Position numbers and translations under genes: made by a program | The notes under the pieces: model-generated | Database searches by the model: none | Seen by the model: the letters and a program-made list of their open reading frames with translations, nothing else | What the model was told of the DNA's origin: nothing | Origin: Adineta vaga | Taxonomy: Eukaryota > Animalia > Rotifera | Direction: 5' to 3' | DNA length: 64,000 nucleotides | Assembly: GCA_021613535.1 (NCBI GenBank) | Contig: CP075497.1 | Span: 2,852,001-2,916,000 of the forward strand | In this document: piece by piece, positions 1 through 13,370 of the stretch | Layout: every line of letters starts with the position of its first letter | Numbering within the stretch: position 1 is the stretch's first letter

Positions 1-1
1 T

Positions 2-172
2 TCCAAGGATAATCTTCGACAATTATTGGTGGACATTCTTCAAGTAATTACATTTCATTTAAAAATCAAATCATTGAGATTTCATTTGTTGTAGAATGAT
101 GAAGAGTTTGTTACCGGTTTACATAATGCTTACATTGAAAAACAAATCCATTTGCATCGTCTTTATTCTTAA
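2..172 (+). CDS. DCP1: 3' end of mRNA decapping factor DCP1 (C-terminal trimerisation helix), partial
   Basis: Exons 2-43 and 95-172 across a GT-AG intron give SKDNLRQLLVDILQ-NDEEFVTGLHNAYIEKQIHLHRLYS*. This resembles the metazoan DCP1 C-terminus (L..LIKND..FL..LH..Y). Confidence 0.7.
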
Positions 173-465
173 GAATTTTCTTTTTATATGTCTATGTTCG
201 TTTTTCTTTTCTGTTGTCTAGTCGATCGAATCGTTCTCTAAGCTTCTAATACTTGTATTTTTTTTAGTCAAGTTTAAAAAAGACTTCCAGAAAATCTATT
301 GAAGGTATGTTTTATTGTCGTCAAGAAAAGTAATTTGTTTATTGTAAGTAGTTTATCGTCTTCTTCTTCTTCTTCTTCTTCTCGTCGATTTTCGGATATA
401 AAAACTGTTCGTTCTCTCGTTCTTTTTTAAAATAAACAAAAAACGTGAAAATCAAAACTATGTTT

Positions 466-1482
466 TTACATTTGTATGAGTGAATCGATATATTGGTCAA
501 TCTAGAGTTCAATGTTGATGATGAGAAGAGATTCATTAGAAAGGTTACTTACATCGATAGATTGGCGTTTTCTTGGGAAAGTTTGTGGTGGTATGGGAAT
601 TTTTGCTTGACGAAGAAGAGATGTTTTTGTATGGTAACGACTTTGAATTGATGGCTAACAATAGAAAATAAGATGAAAAGATATGTAGTTATGGGAATTA
701 CGGATTTGATGTTTTGTTTTTTGAGACTTATTTGTTGATTTTGAATCGTTTGAAACCATTGATTTGCAAAATGATTTTGTAAAACTTGTGACATAGGTGT
801 CGATGGTCTAAACTGATTGATCAGTTAAATAAGATCAATAGATTAGATTTACTTGTAAGGTAAACCAAAGATTGTATCATCAGAAAATATCAATTTTGTT
901 TTTACTCGTGATGTATCACGAAGACATATTTTCTTTTGAATATCATGGATACTTCTATGAACAAAAGAGAAGAGATGCGATTCAGTTCTTAAAAAAAACA
1001 ATAAATTACCGAAAACGTGACTGATTTCTTGCAGTAAACATTCCAGCTTCGAGAGCTGCTTTGTTCAAAGCTAAATAATCTCGTACGTACATAACATCAT
1101 GATTAGTTGTTTGTTGTTCTATACATGTATTATACATTGCTAAAAGTTTATTATTATTAAAAATAGTTTAGAACATTCGATTAAAAACCTTCAGCAACAC
1201 CACCATCATGTGAAGCATTTCTTAATCCATATGTGAATTCTGATGGAGGAAGTTTGTGACCGCGACGATGTGATTTACCTAATTCTGACTAACAAAAATG
1301 AATCATTTTCTTCAGAAAAATTAGAAATCTCTATTGACAGTTTCACATACAAGTAATTGAAGTTCACTTTCAAGCATTGAACCACGTTGTTCACCAATTA
1401 GACCTGTCTTTGTATATTGATATGAAGAGACATGATCTGTTCGACTTTTTTGATTTCCTTTCTGTTTTATCGTTATACTCAT
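466..1482 (-). CDS. CFAP77: Cilia- and flagella-associated protein 77 (DUF4483), multi-exon
   Basis: Spliced translation includes GEQRGSMLESELQLL/SELGKSHRRGHKLPPSEFTYGLRNASHDGGVAE/RDYLALNKAALEAGMFTARNQ/FGLPY/RPSTPMSQVLQNHFANQW. These match recalled CFAP77 motifs (ELGK, FNYG, DGGV, RNYIAMN, RPSTP). Confidence 0.8.
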
Positions 1483-2247
1483 AATACAATCTATGAAAAT
1501 CAATGGAAAGAAATGTGATATAGTTGAAGTAAGAATAACATCAACATTCATTGAATTCTTCGTCTGATTTTGACTACCATAAATATGTGATCTAGACAAT
1601 CATATTTATAGAGTTTCTATGATTATAAACTTCAAGAAATATTTCTCGTGATTCCTAAATCGATCTCACCTGAATATAATTTTCAATTTCCAATCAACAA
1701 ATTGTACATAAAAGAGACCTTAAAAAACTTGTAAACAATATTTTTCCTTCGTCTATCGAGGATTCATTTCTCGTCTTATATCATTGAATGAAAGAAAGTT
1801 TTCTTTCTGTTTTTTTCCCATTTGATTCTTTAACTACGATAAAAATTGACTAAATAAAGAGAAAAATATCAGTAAAAAACGAAAAGTGCATTCTTCCTAA
1901 TGTTTACCGGATACGGTGAGAAAACATGTCGTTTTCTACTATTTTCTTTTCAAATGAAAATCATTCTTTATCGAGGATATATTTATATTAACTTGTCATC
2001 AAACCGTTTCTTTAGGACGATAAATACATTACAAATTTTTAACAAAAACCACTTTATGGTTCAATGATAAATGAAATGATCACGATCAATAACATTCAAT
2101 AGATCTTATGATTTTTCATCGTGCATATTAAATGAATTTTCTATTCGTGAAAAAGATTTTGTTTAGATATGTAATTCTTTAAGATTTTCCAAGTATTTAA
2201 TAAAAGAAAATAAGTTCGATGAATACAGAAAAATGTTCAATTCTCTT

Positions 2248-3758
2248 TCAGAGATTTGTTCGAGAAGAACGATCACCTACAAGACTAATATCATTTGCAA
2301 AGACTTCATATTGTTTAATCGGTGAAGTATCTTGATGATTTTGTGATATTTCATCTGCACCAGCTGGTTCGTATTCTGCATCAGAAAAATCATCGTTTAA
2401 ATCATCATGTATGGATATTTGAACATGATTTTCAATAATAATATTCTTTTGTTCCGTAGAAAAGTAATTTATCAATTGATGATTGTTATGTTCTTGTGGA
2501 TTAGGACATTTTCTTCGACAAAATAATGAACATGTTGGTTTGCTTAAAATATTTCCACAATTATTTCGAAAACTTCGATTTAAAAACGCATAAATAATTG
2601 GATTCACTGCTGAATTTAAATAAGCAAATGAATTGGCAATGATTTTGAAATAATATAAAAATGCGGTTTTATGTTGAAAAACATACGCTGATATGATACA
2701 TATAGTTATTGGAAACCAACAAAGAGAAAAGACAAGTGTGACAATTGCGACCATTTTCGTCACTGCACGACGTTTTTTTGACCATTTAACAACATTGGAT
2801 GCCTACAAATAAGGAAATTTTCGAAAGAAAAATCAATCGTTTTCATCTACATACACATTTTGCTTTGACTTTATTTTCTTTTGAATAAACAAAATATAAT
2901 AATCTCGTATAACAAACCAATATAATTGCTAATGGAATAAAATAATAAAGTGTAACGGTATAAATCGGAAAATGTTTTTGTAAATTTTCATCTGTTAATA
3001 ATACACATTGTTTATAATCATCATCCGTAACACCATAATGATAATAGAATGGTGATGCAAATGCACAAGAAACTAATAGAGATAATGAATGAAATGATTA
3101 TTATTCGAAACGATCGACTTACGTAACCAAATGATCGAACTTAGTAGAAAAACTGTTCTTGGTTTTCTCCAACGAATATTTTCAAATGGATGTACAACAT
3201 AAATATATCGATCAACTGTCATGACAACTAATGTTAAAACAGTTACAAGAACGCTAACAAATGAAATGAAATTGAGTAATTTACAGAATGTTTGATTGAA
3301 ATACCTAAAGAAAAAAAGAACATTTATTTTTCAAATTAATTTGATTTCTTTACCAACGATCAAGTGTATATTGAACAACTAACAATGGCATACAAAATGC
3401 TAAGAAAACAATATCTGTAATAGCAACTAAAAGAAATAGGTTTTCTCATGTTATTTTATTCTCATTCCAAACAAAGTTATTTAGAACTTACGATTAACTA
3501 TAAAACAATTGGTTACATTATTGAATTTTTCAAATCGAATAGCAACAAAAATAACAAGACTATTGCCTAATGAAATATGAATAAATTAATTTATCTATAT
3601 GCAAATAATATTTCTATCTCCTTACCAATTATTCCAGCAACAGCAATAATAATCCATGCACTAGCAAATATCAATCGTGTATGTAATGATGGACCATTAT
3701 CCATGTCATACAAACTCTGATTACTTATATTATCGATCGGATCTATATGTTCATTCAT
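2248..3758 (-). CDS. Class A neuropeptide GPCR, galanin/allatostatin-A/kisspeptin receptor family
   Basis: Six exons encode GIIGNSLVI (TM1), NVTNCFIVNLAITD (TM2), MTVDRY (TM3), YYFIPL (TM5), KRRAVTKMV..CWFP (TM6) and FAYLNSAVNPIIYAFL (TM7). Confidence 0.9.
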
Positions 3759-6700
3759 AATCTATAACAAAGAGGAAAAACAAACATATATATATCTATT
3801 ACAATGGCATTTTCAAGAATGAAAAAGTTATTCTTTGATGTTCCATTCTGAGTAAAAAAATGATAAAGTTCAACATCTAAAGAAGAATTTTTAAGTAATT
3901 AAAACGAATCATTAACTATTTTCTCAGAGGTAGAAAACAAGTCATGTCGAAGAAATTCTTCGGCTCATTTAGGAATCAAATGATGCAAAGAGAGGAAAAG
4001 ACTTATTAATTGAAGACATGTATAAGATAAGTTTGTGTCATTTTCTTCGAGCAAAACAAGAATCAGAACCTTTTTGTCTTCAAAGTTCTACTCGAATGAC
4101 CCTGCTGATAAGCATGCATATCTATCAAATAGAAGGAAATGAAAAGAATCAAGTCACCTAGTCAAGACAAACAGGAAGACGACGACAATAAAAATAAGCA
4201 CGAAAGAATGAAGATTGAATCTATCAGTTCATGACAAGTTCGATCGATCCATAGAAAATATTACCGAGAAAAAGATGAATATTTCTTCTTTCATCTTTAT
4301 TCTCGTCAATCTTTCTGAGTGCATGTTAGAATTGATTCGTGCTTTTTCCTTCTTCTTTTTTTCTTCTTCTCTCTCTCGCTCACTCTCTAGAAAATAGAAG
4401 AGACTTGACAGCAATAACAAAGCTATCTAATTATCCGTCTATCTCATGATACTCTCATTTATAAATGAACATGAATAAATCCACTTAAATGAATACAATC
4501 GAAAAAGAATTCATGACTTTGAAGATGTTCTCTTCAAAGAAAGAAAAAATCCCTCTTATATACCTAAATCAAGGGTAAGTTGGAGAGAAGAAATTCTTCT
4601 TTGTTTATTATTAGTGTAAACAACAAATTTACCTTGAGAGGTTTTATCATTGGCTAATGTAATGGTGTAAGAATTTATGGAAGATAGAAAGATTTTGTTC
4701 AATTCAGTCGGAATACTAATTGACAGTTGAAAAACTCTTGTCAAACGATATTTATTTTGAGCGCAAAGCAAAAGAAGAGAGAGAGAGGAAGAAAAACTTT
4801 TACCGTGTTCTATATTAACTTCCGATGTTACATCTGTCAATGGTTAATTCACTACATGTCAACAAACCTATCCCGAGAAAGATAGAAGAAGAAAGAAAAG
4901 GAAGAAATCGTCTTGAGAAGTGAGTGTCTTGCTATGATATCATGTTTCACATCTGAAGGGACAAGTAACGCCTACAAAATGATGTCAATATTAATGTGCA
5001 CATAGACTTTATACATCTGTTTATTTTCTTTGGAATCTTTGGTTTTCTTTCTATTTTGTTTTCATCTGCTTTTGATTATCTATTTAATCATTATTAGCTC
5101 ACACTTGATTTTCCTTTTCGAGAAAAAAAAACGTATAGAGATCGAACACATATCAATCTTCTTGACTCTATTAAACATCACACGCATATCGGAAATGAGA
5201 TGATTGTCAACTGAGTCTTACAAAAAGTTCAAATTATTCCGTATTTACAAAGATTATTCACAGATCATGACATTCGAACACCCACTGTGTTGTTTCTATC
5301 AACAATATCTTTTCCAGAGATGATAAAAAAAAACTTGTTTTTTCTCTTTCTAATACATTCCTACCTGAATGATCGAACGAAGAAAGTCTCTCCAGAGATC
5401 GAAATCTCACACAACAAAACACTCGACTTCATAATATGCATCAGGTTTTTAATAATAAAATTTCGTCAATGGACATGAGAAGAAAAGATTAATGGTTGTA
5501 GTATTCTCTTCTGTATAACAATAAAGAATTTCTATAAAACGAATTATTCAATTTTGTATTAGAATACTAACGATGTCACGATTAAGGTATTTTCTTTCAT
5601 GTTTTCAAAGGTCGATTGAGAAAATTCTACGTATATTCTTCAATTGCTTTTGGCAATTCCTTCCTAATAGTATTTAGCATGACAAAGTATGGATAAAAGA
5701 TCATATTACTCAATTCAATCTGCATTTTTATCTTATCATTAATGCTAACTGATATTCACAAAGGATAAAGGAGAAGACTAGTAATTGTGAATTCTACATA
5801 TGTAAATAATATATTAAGTAGTTTTAGAAAGTATTTCGTTCTCTTTAACTATCTATTCTTCGAGAGTACATACCACAAATATCTCTCTCAGATCGTTCTC
5901 TTTTGTCTCTGAGATGAAACAACAAAGAAAAAGCGAATCGACATTCTCAATGTATTTTGAATTAATGCCAAATGGATGCTTTTCAATCTCCCTCAAGACA
6001 TTCTTTTCTTAGTGAAAAATGTGTTTTTGTCTCTTTGCACGAGATGAAATTCATTCCGACAAATTCTCTAATATACTTGTCGATTATAAAAAAATTTCTC
6101 TCATACAATCCGTATTCCGTTTTCTAAAATTGAATCTTTACAAACAAATATGATAATATCTCGTTGGAATGTTTTGAATATTGATTGACTGATGATTGAC
6201 AGATTATTAACATAATTCTTGTAAATGAAGAAAAGAAAAAGAATTCGATTTTATGTATATTTTCAAAGTTATTAGATGCACTGTCATTGAAAAGGACTTC
6301 TTAACGGAAATGTTCGAGAAGAGAACTACTTCTAGATGAGTGCCTGAAGATCATTGATATTGACTTTCATAGCAGGAATCGATGAGTGGTGAAAGAGATA
6401 ATTTTAGAAGATTCTGTCGTTAATATTCAGTTTCTTAATGATTTTCAACTGGAACCATATTGAGATTGTTGATGGTTCTAGGGCAAAAAAATCTAAAAAC
6501 GAGAAATGTTTCAGGAACAGTCAATTTAATGTCACGTTAGATGATTTCGAAGGAAGATTTCAAAGATGAATGAAGTTTAACGGAAGAAGACGATGATTAG
6601 GATTATCCTAAGACGTACTATATTATTCTTATTTCTAAACAAAACTGTAGATTATGTGATGAAAATCGTTGTCGTTTAATAATCTGATGGAGAAAAAAGA

Positions 6701-8095
6701 AAATCGTTTCAAGCAATTTCAAATTAATAATCAAGTGTTTATCTTTTTTTTTTCTTTAACAATCTATAAAAACGTTCTCTACAAGAATTCTTTTCATTAA
6801 TAATTACAAGATCAATCATTATAACAATGTTCTGTATTGATTTATGACTTCGAATGTATTCGACTAGAATTAATTTCATTTGATTGATGAAGATATTTTA
6901 CATAGTAATAAAGAATAACGAGAATATAAATTAGCAATAACAATTTGTCGTGCGATTGTAAGAAAAGAATTATTCATAAAATAGTGATTCTTTCGTCTAT
7001 TAACTAGCGTGTTTATCCTAGAAAATAGTTTTCCATAATGTCAGAAATAGATGCACTACTGACACGTGTTATAAACGTGTCATAACAAAAAGATTTGTTC
7101 CAATTTATCTATTCGTTCATCACGCACTAAAATTGATATAAATACATCATATTTTTTGTGTTGAATTTTGTTTGCTCGATCATTGTAGACATAATGACGA
7201 ATAAATTTCATTTCATATCCAAAGAGAAAAATCATAAACAACATCTGGATTAGTCAAGAAAATGCCTAGGAATATGACATCGAGATAATAACGATAATTA
7301 TATATCAAAGTTATTGTTAATGATAATTTTTGTATAAAACTGTCAAAGAGAATTGAATGTTCAGAAAATGATTTCATCCATCCGTCGAATGTATAGTACA
7401 CAGCAATTTTAATCATAACAATTAGTTCTGCTTGAATATGCACTATTGTTTGAATTGCCAAGTAAATATTTCGTTTAAGTCTTATCTGAATAAACTAAAA
7501 TTTTCAAATCTCGTCTCATAATAAAATAAGTATTTCTGTAAACATGTTACGATTTGATCGACAGATTTATAATTAGTTTCGTTCCTATTTCAATCGTCTA
7601 TTGAGTTTGTGTGATATAAAATCACTCGACTTATATTAATTCTACCCAAACACTGAATATTTCATCACCGGTAATGGGTTTTTTTTCCTAAAACAAACAC
7701 ACCTAGATTTTCGCCAATCATATCCTATGAAATCGGAAAAACATGAGATTCAATAACGAGATCTATTTTGATTATAGATGAATGCCAATACCTTCGTGCT
7801 TTATCATCCTTTTGGATTAGTGATCTAATACTATTGTCTTTAAATAACTTGACAAGATTTTTCTTTAGTTAAGCTTTCTTTTCTTATGATATGTTTATTT
7901 ATTGATCTTAATTTTGAATAGAGCTTACACGGTTGAATTGATGAAGAAAGAAAACAAAAAGAAACTTTATTGAATTTTGTTGTTTTTTATTTCAATATTT
8001 TTACCATTTCCCAACGTCAAAGATTTTCGTTTTTCTATTGAAGAAAAAAACCAAATATGAATATATTTATATAGATTGTTCAATGATAAAGAACA

Positions 8096-8437
8096 TTAAA
8101 CTTGATCGCGTTTGACAAAGGTAAGTTTTCCATTTTGTCCAATAATTGGTCGAAGACTGGCTTTTTTATATAAAACATGAGGTTGGTAACGTAAAGATGC
8201 TCGTCGATAATTTTCATGAAGATGATGATGTTGAACAGGTAATGCTTCGTAAAGATCATCACCAAAATCGATATCATTGACATCTTGTTGATTTACACTA
8301 CTTGCTGCCAATTGAATTTGACAACAGATGAGAACTAAATATTAAACAAGATAAAATTTAAATCTTAAATTGATAATCAAGTTTAGTTTACGTGTAAAAA
8401 CGAAAAGAAATTTGATTAAATTTGTGACGGAGATCAT
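8096..8437 (-). CDS. Small secreted protein, putative neuropeptide precursor (94 aa, 2 exons)
   Basis: Exons 8437-8392 and 8334-8096 join in frame across a 57-nt GT-AG intron: MISVTNLIKFLFVFTLLICCQIQLAASSVNQQDVNDIDFGDDLYEALPVQHHHLHENYRRASLRYQPHVLYKKASLRPIIGQNGKLTFVKRDQV. It has a signal peptide, an acidic spacer and RR/KK/KR sites. Confidence 0.7.
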
Positions 8438-10253
8438 GATTAGGTGTGAGTAAAAAGAATCTGTTTGTTTAGACGTGTACTCGTTTCTTTTCAGAATGGC
8501 AACGTCGCAATCGAAAGGATAAGTATATGAGCGTATCGAGAAAGCAAGAGAAAAAAGAAAAACGAGAGAAAAAACGACAAACTGACAGATTAAGATAGCA
8601 CGTTGAACGGAAGAGGCGGAAATCGACCGAGATGAGGGCAGACCAAGAAAAGAATTCATGTCAATCTATATGATTGACTGATTTAAATCGGTAGGTTTGT
8701 CATTTTTGAAAAAAAATATATAATTTAGGTTGTTTTCTTTTTGACAGTAAAGAGATTTATCAATAAATGAAGTCATCCGAAAGCTTTTTCGTCTTAATGA
8801 ATTCACTTTACTTTTTCAATCAATTAACTTGAAAGGATGAAAAGTAAAAGTAGATTTAGATTTGTTCAATTAATGAATTATCTCGATCCATCTAATATGA
8901 ATATTAGTGAATTGTGAGAACAAAATGAAGCGAAAAAAAAAGATTATGCTTTTGCTTTTCATATGTGTGAGAAGGTCTTATTTTCCACAATGGAAATATT
9001 GATGTGAAAAGAGTTTTTATCAGAGAAGATGACATTATTTCGCCCTCATTTTCCTATTTCTATACAAAATACTTTGTTACGAACAGCTCGTGATTGAATC
9101 TTACAAAAGATTGTTCATAGAAGATCTTCTTCTTCTTGATAGAACATCGAAACGAAAATGATATTGTCGATGATTTGGTTTATATGATATTTTTCCAGTA
9201 AAGAACTGATGAAATATGTCATTTGTTAATTCAACATTGGTTTTAATGTGATCAAACAACGGAAAACGAAGGAAATACACCTTAATAGAAAAAGAGTTTT
9301 TATATCGAACTGATTTCCTGTGCAGATTTGAACTATTTTGAAAATAGTGTTTCATTATTGTCAAATAGAAATAAAAATGTACAATTAATTAAAAATTAAC
9401 CTCGTTTTCTTATTGTTTGAAAAGTTTTGTAATTTAGAATTTAGTACAATTATTTTCATAAAAAAATAGATCTCTAGACGTTCAACAGAAAAAATATCAT
9501 GAAGAGAGTTTCTGTAGTTCTGTAGTCAATCAATGCTTATGAGAATTAGTTACTTCACATTTTTTTCTTTTATTTTTCAGGTACAAAATTAGAAATTAAA
9601 GATGATCTATTATAATCAATCCTTGCGGATAGGATATTTATCTAAACCGAAATTACAAAGAGCAGAAATTGCACATGTGATTTTAATAATCTTGTTGAGA
9701 TCAATATACGATCCCCTGTAAACATGTCCTATGATCGCGCATTATTTAATACGTTGATTGATATTCGATTGAAATCTTTGTCTTCAATTGTAAGTTGACT
9801 ACCACAAGATCTTTTTTCTTGAAATAATCTTATATAGTTCACCAATATAATCTCTTTGAGAAATAGTTTGCACATTTTCTTCTATATATTCTAATAATCT
9901 TGATTCTCTAAGGATGATTATATCGTGTACACGGCTTCTTTTTAATAATCAGGGACGTGTATAATTGAGAGTATGTGTGTGGATCTCTTGTATTCGCACA
10001 CCCACACCCTCAAACATTCAAAAGTTAGTTTTAAAGATTCTTTAGGCATTTTCTCTCCTTCACAGAAAAAAACAATTTCTTATGAAATTCAATATCAAAA
10101 CAAGGATGATTAGGCATAAAAAATTTTAATTTTACATTCTCCTAATTATTAATGTTTTTGTATAGGTAAAGAATATAATAGAACAACACTTTCTATCATT
10201 TCAACTGATGCATCACGTTCAATAGGTGCCAATGTTGTCTATTTTTTAACAGT

Positions 10254-10313
10254 TGCGTTGCAGTACCTACGGCGAGTGATCAGGGCCGAAAGAATCTCGT
10301 TCACTGCGACGCA
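10254..10313. repeat. GC-rich stem-loop, probably a remnant of a non-autonomous DNA transposon
   Basis: tgcgttgcagt (10254-10264) pairs with actgcgacgca (10303-10313) allowing one G-T pair, with an inner gcgag/ctcgt stem, in ~70% AT DNA. Confidence 0.4.
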
Positions 10314-11651
10314 TTTTCATCACAACAGATATTGTACTAGTAAACGTTCTCGTATCACTCATTCTTTTTGTATCAAATTGATATTTTGATCTTGTTTTTA
10401 ACACTTTGGAAAGTATTTTAATGTGCAACAAAATTGTTGTTATCAGATATAACAAATGATTGGAAATATTAAATTAACCTCTTGAATACCACTTTCTCTT
10501 CGGACCGAAGACAAGCAGAATGCAAAAATGAAGTTTTCGTTTTTTCTTTTAGATAAATTCATATTCATACACATATACAGCTGATTGCGCATAGTCAAAG
10601 GCAAGAAATATAACCAAATGAAATATGAGATGTCTTTTTGACGATTTCTTATGATGGAGAAAGCTTTTTAGAGACGAACTTTTTCGTATGGAATGCTTGG
10701 ACATCAAAATGACGAATTTTTTAAATATCTTATACAGTTAACGCCATCTATAAGACTTTCAAACAAAAAAGGTTACAATTGAAATGCCAAATGATAGAAC
10801 AGAATTTTTTCTGTGGGTATTGTTTAAGAGCGATTTTCTGACATTCTATGTTGCTAATAATCGAAGATATTAATTAGCTTTCATTCGAACTTTACAATTA
10901 TCAGAAGGGTATCAAAGTTTCAAATTTTATTATCAATTGTCAATATTGAAAAAAAAATCGCATCTTCAATGAACAAAAGACTATAACGAAAAGATTTCTG
11001 AAAGATAATTTTATTCATTCTATTCCCTTGAGATAACACTTAATCACATATAATTATTGAAGCAATGAATAACTCATTAAATTCCTACTTTACAAATGAA
11101 CTAATGCTAATTCATCTTGATAAGATCGTCATTCGATTTTAACGTTTGAAACTTAACCAAATAAATCTCATCTTTCGTGATAATGTCATGTTTTCAATCA
11201 TCGTTTATCAATTCGATTATTAACACAATCATTTGACTATTATTTTATGAGATGACGGAAATCAATTGTTCACATCATTCATTTCATCTTCTATAATGCA
11301 CAGAAAGCAAGAGAAAATTCAACCATACATGTGTCTCGGAAAGGAAGAAAAGAAAACTGAAACAGTGACTAATCAGAAAAATACTGATACGAAAAATAAA
11401 TACACAACTGTTTTGCTTTCTTTTCGTTGACTTGTATCGAATATGGCTTATGCGTTATTCTTATTTTAGTTTTCATTGTAAATGTGAATAAATAATTCGA
11501 AGAAATGTCTCTATCTTTTATATTCAGATGTGGAAATAGTTTTACAATTCAAATAGGTTCATTAGGAATGATTTTGTCAATAAATCTTTATATACATCAA
11601 GCTTTTGTATCGAATTGAGTCATATGAAGTGATATGTTTCATTGTTTTAGA

Positions 11652-12563
11652 ATGGTCGTCTTACAATTACTTAGTCTTTCAGTCAATATTCTTTGTCTTG
11701 TTCAAAAATTACCACAAATTATTCGCATTTATCAAACAAAAAATGTCAATAGTATATCGATTTCATCTGTATTACTTGAAGAAACAGCGTAAATGAATTC
11801 ATTATATTTCTTTCATTTCAGTAATTGTATTTATTTAGTTATACGATTATGTTAACTTATAATCTTTGGAAAAATTATCCTTTATCAGTATTTTTCGAAT
11901 ACATTTTTCTTTTTCTTCAAGGTAAAATGAAGATTCTTGTTGTTTTTTTCAAACTTAATGCCATTATTTAGATGTACTTCTTCTGTATGCCTTAGCAAAA
12001 TATTCAAGAAATGATAAAGATAAACAAACGGATCGATCAAAACCATACTATGGAATATTAATGTAATGAATAGAAATCTCTCTAATTGAATTATCATTTA
12101 CTTTTGAATAGTTTTTGTCTTTATCTATTAGCAAGTCTCATGGGTTTTATTCCACCAACATGGATGAATCTTTCAACAGTATGAAAATCTTTTGAATGAA
12201 ATTCAATTTTCTTCTTCTTCTAATTGTAGATTTTTGTCATTCCAATAAGTGCTTCATCAAAAATACTTCAACTTCGAACGATTCTTACAAATAAAAGTGT
12301 TGGACAAGTTAGTCGAACTGGTTGGGCGATTGCTGCGTATGGTAGTTTTGGTATGTAATTATTCTTTGAAAGATTTCCTCATCGTTGAATGTCTTTCAGC
12401 TCGAATCATTACAAATCTTTATGAGACACAAGACATGAAAATGGTTGTCAATTTGTTAATTAGTTTTATTCTGAATACTTCCATTGTCATTGCTTGTACA
12501 ATTTATAGTCAAGAAGAACGTGCATCGAAATCTACTGATGAACAACGGAAAAAAACGACATAA
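11652..12563 (+). CDS. SLC66A3: PQ-loop repeat transporter SLC66A3 (PQLC3)-like, 6 exons
   Basis: MVVLQLLSLSVNILCLVQKLPQIIRIYQTKNVNSISISSVLLE / YNLWKNYPLSVFFEYIFLFLQD / SASSKILQLRTILTNKSVGQVSRTGWAIAAYGSFARIITNLYETQD. Two PQ-loop repeats, the second with degenerate PQ as in PQLC3. Mostly missed by the ORF track. Confidence 0.8.
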
Positions 12564-12641
12564 ATACTACAGAAAACAAACCAGACTATCTAAACAAAGA
12601 GATAGAACAACATTTAGATTTTATATTCTAGACAGGATGAA

Positions 12642-13370
12642 TTAGAGAAAGCATAAACAACAATTTGATATATGATTTGGATCATCTGATTTTAAATATT
12701 CAATAAAAAGACTTTTAGCTTTATCTTCTTCTAATTTATCTCCATCGGATATTTGTTCAAAGGATTTTGCAGCTGTTTCTTCATTAACACCGAAAAATTG
12801 ACATGTTTTTATCCATTCATCTTTCGCAATATAACCATCATGATTAAGATCAATCATATTAAATGTTGTATTAATACGTTCAGATAATTGTTCTAATATT
12901 TCAGGATTTGTATCCGGTTTACGTAATTCATTGGCAAGATTTTGATGAAAATCAAGCCATTCTTCTACGAAAAATGAACTGTTTTTGTTGTTTTATAGAA
13001 TGAAACTTTATCTTCTACCTAAAGTTATTTTTCCATCTTTATTCGCATCAGCTCGCATGATTTCTTGACAGAGAGTTTTTCTTGCACCTGCATATTCTTC
13101 ACGTCGTTTTATATCATCTTGTCCAACAAGTGTCGAGAGTTTATCAGCAAGAATCTCGAAATCAACAGGAGTAATTGAACCATCTCGATCAGCATCTACA
13201 AGAGAACAATAACTGTTAATTATTAACGAAAAGAACTTCCATCAATCGTTTACCATAAAGATAAAAGAGATGTGTCATTTTCTCATTCCAGAAACTTTTT
13301 GATTCGTTTGTCTAAGTAACATTTGAAAGCAAAGTAAACAATTCATTTCTAAACATCTCGCTCTTACCAT
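12642..13370 (-). CDS. Sarcoplasmic calcium-binding protein / calexcitin-like EF-hand protein
   Basis: An ATG-only first coding exon is followed by FWNEKMTHLFYLY-DADRDGSITPVDF ... DANKDGKITLEEW ... DLNHDGYIAKDEW ... SDDPNH, with a degenerate fourth EF-hand. Confidence 0.85.

Noticed and set aside
4215-7461. Short ORFs upstream of the GPCR
   Set aside because: Low-complexity translations, often with non-ATG starts, no splice chain and no motifs.
9100-10000. Possible decayed gene fragments
   Set aside because: No consistent frame or recognisable domain could be established by eye.
10262-10305. Hammerhead ribozyme or SRP RNA
   Set aside because: There is no CUGAUGA core, and the SRP helix-8 resemblance is partial with no flanking structure.
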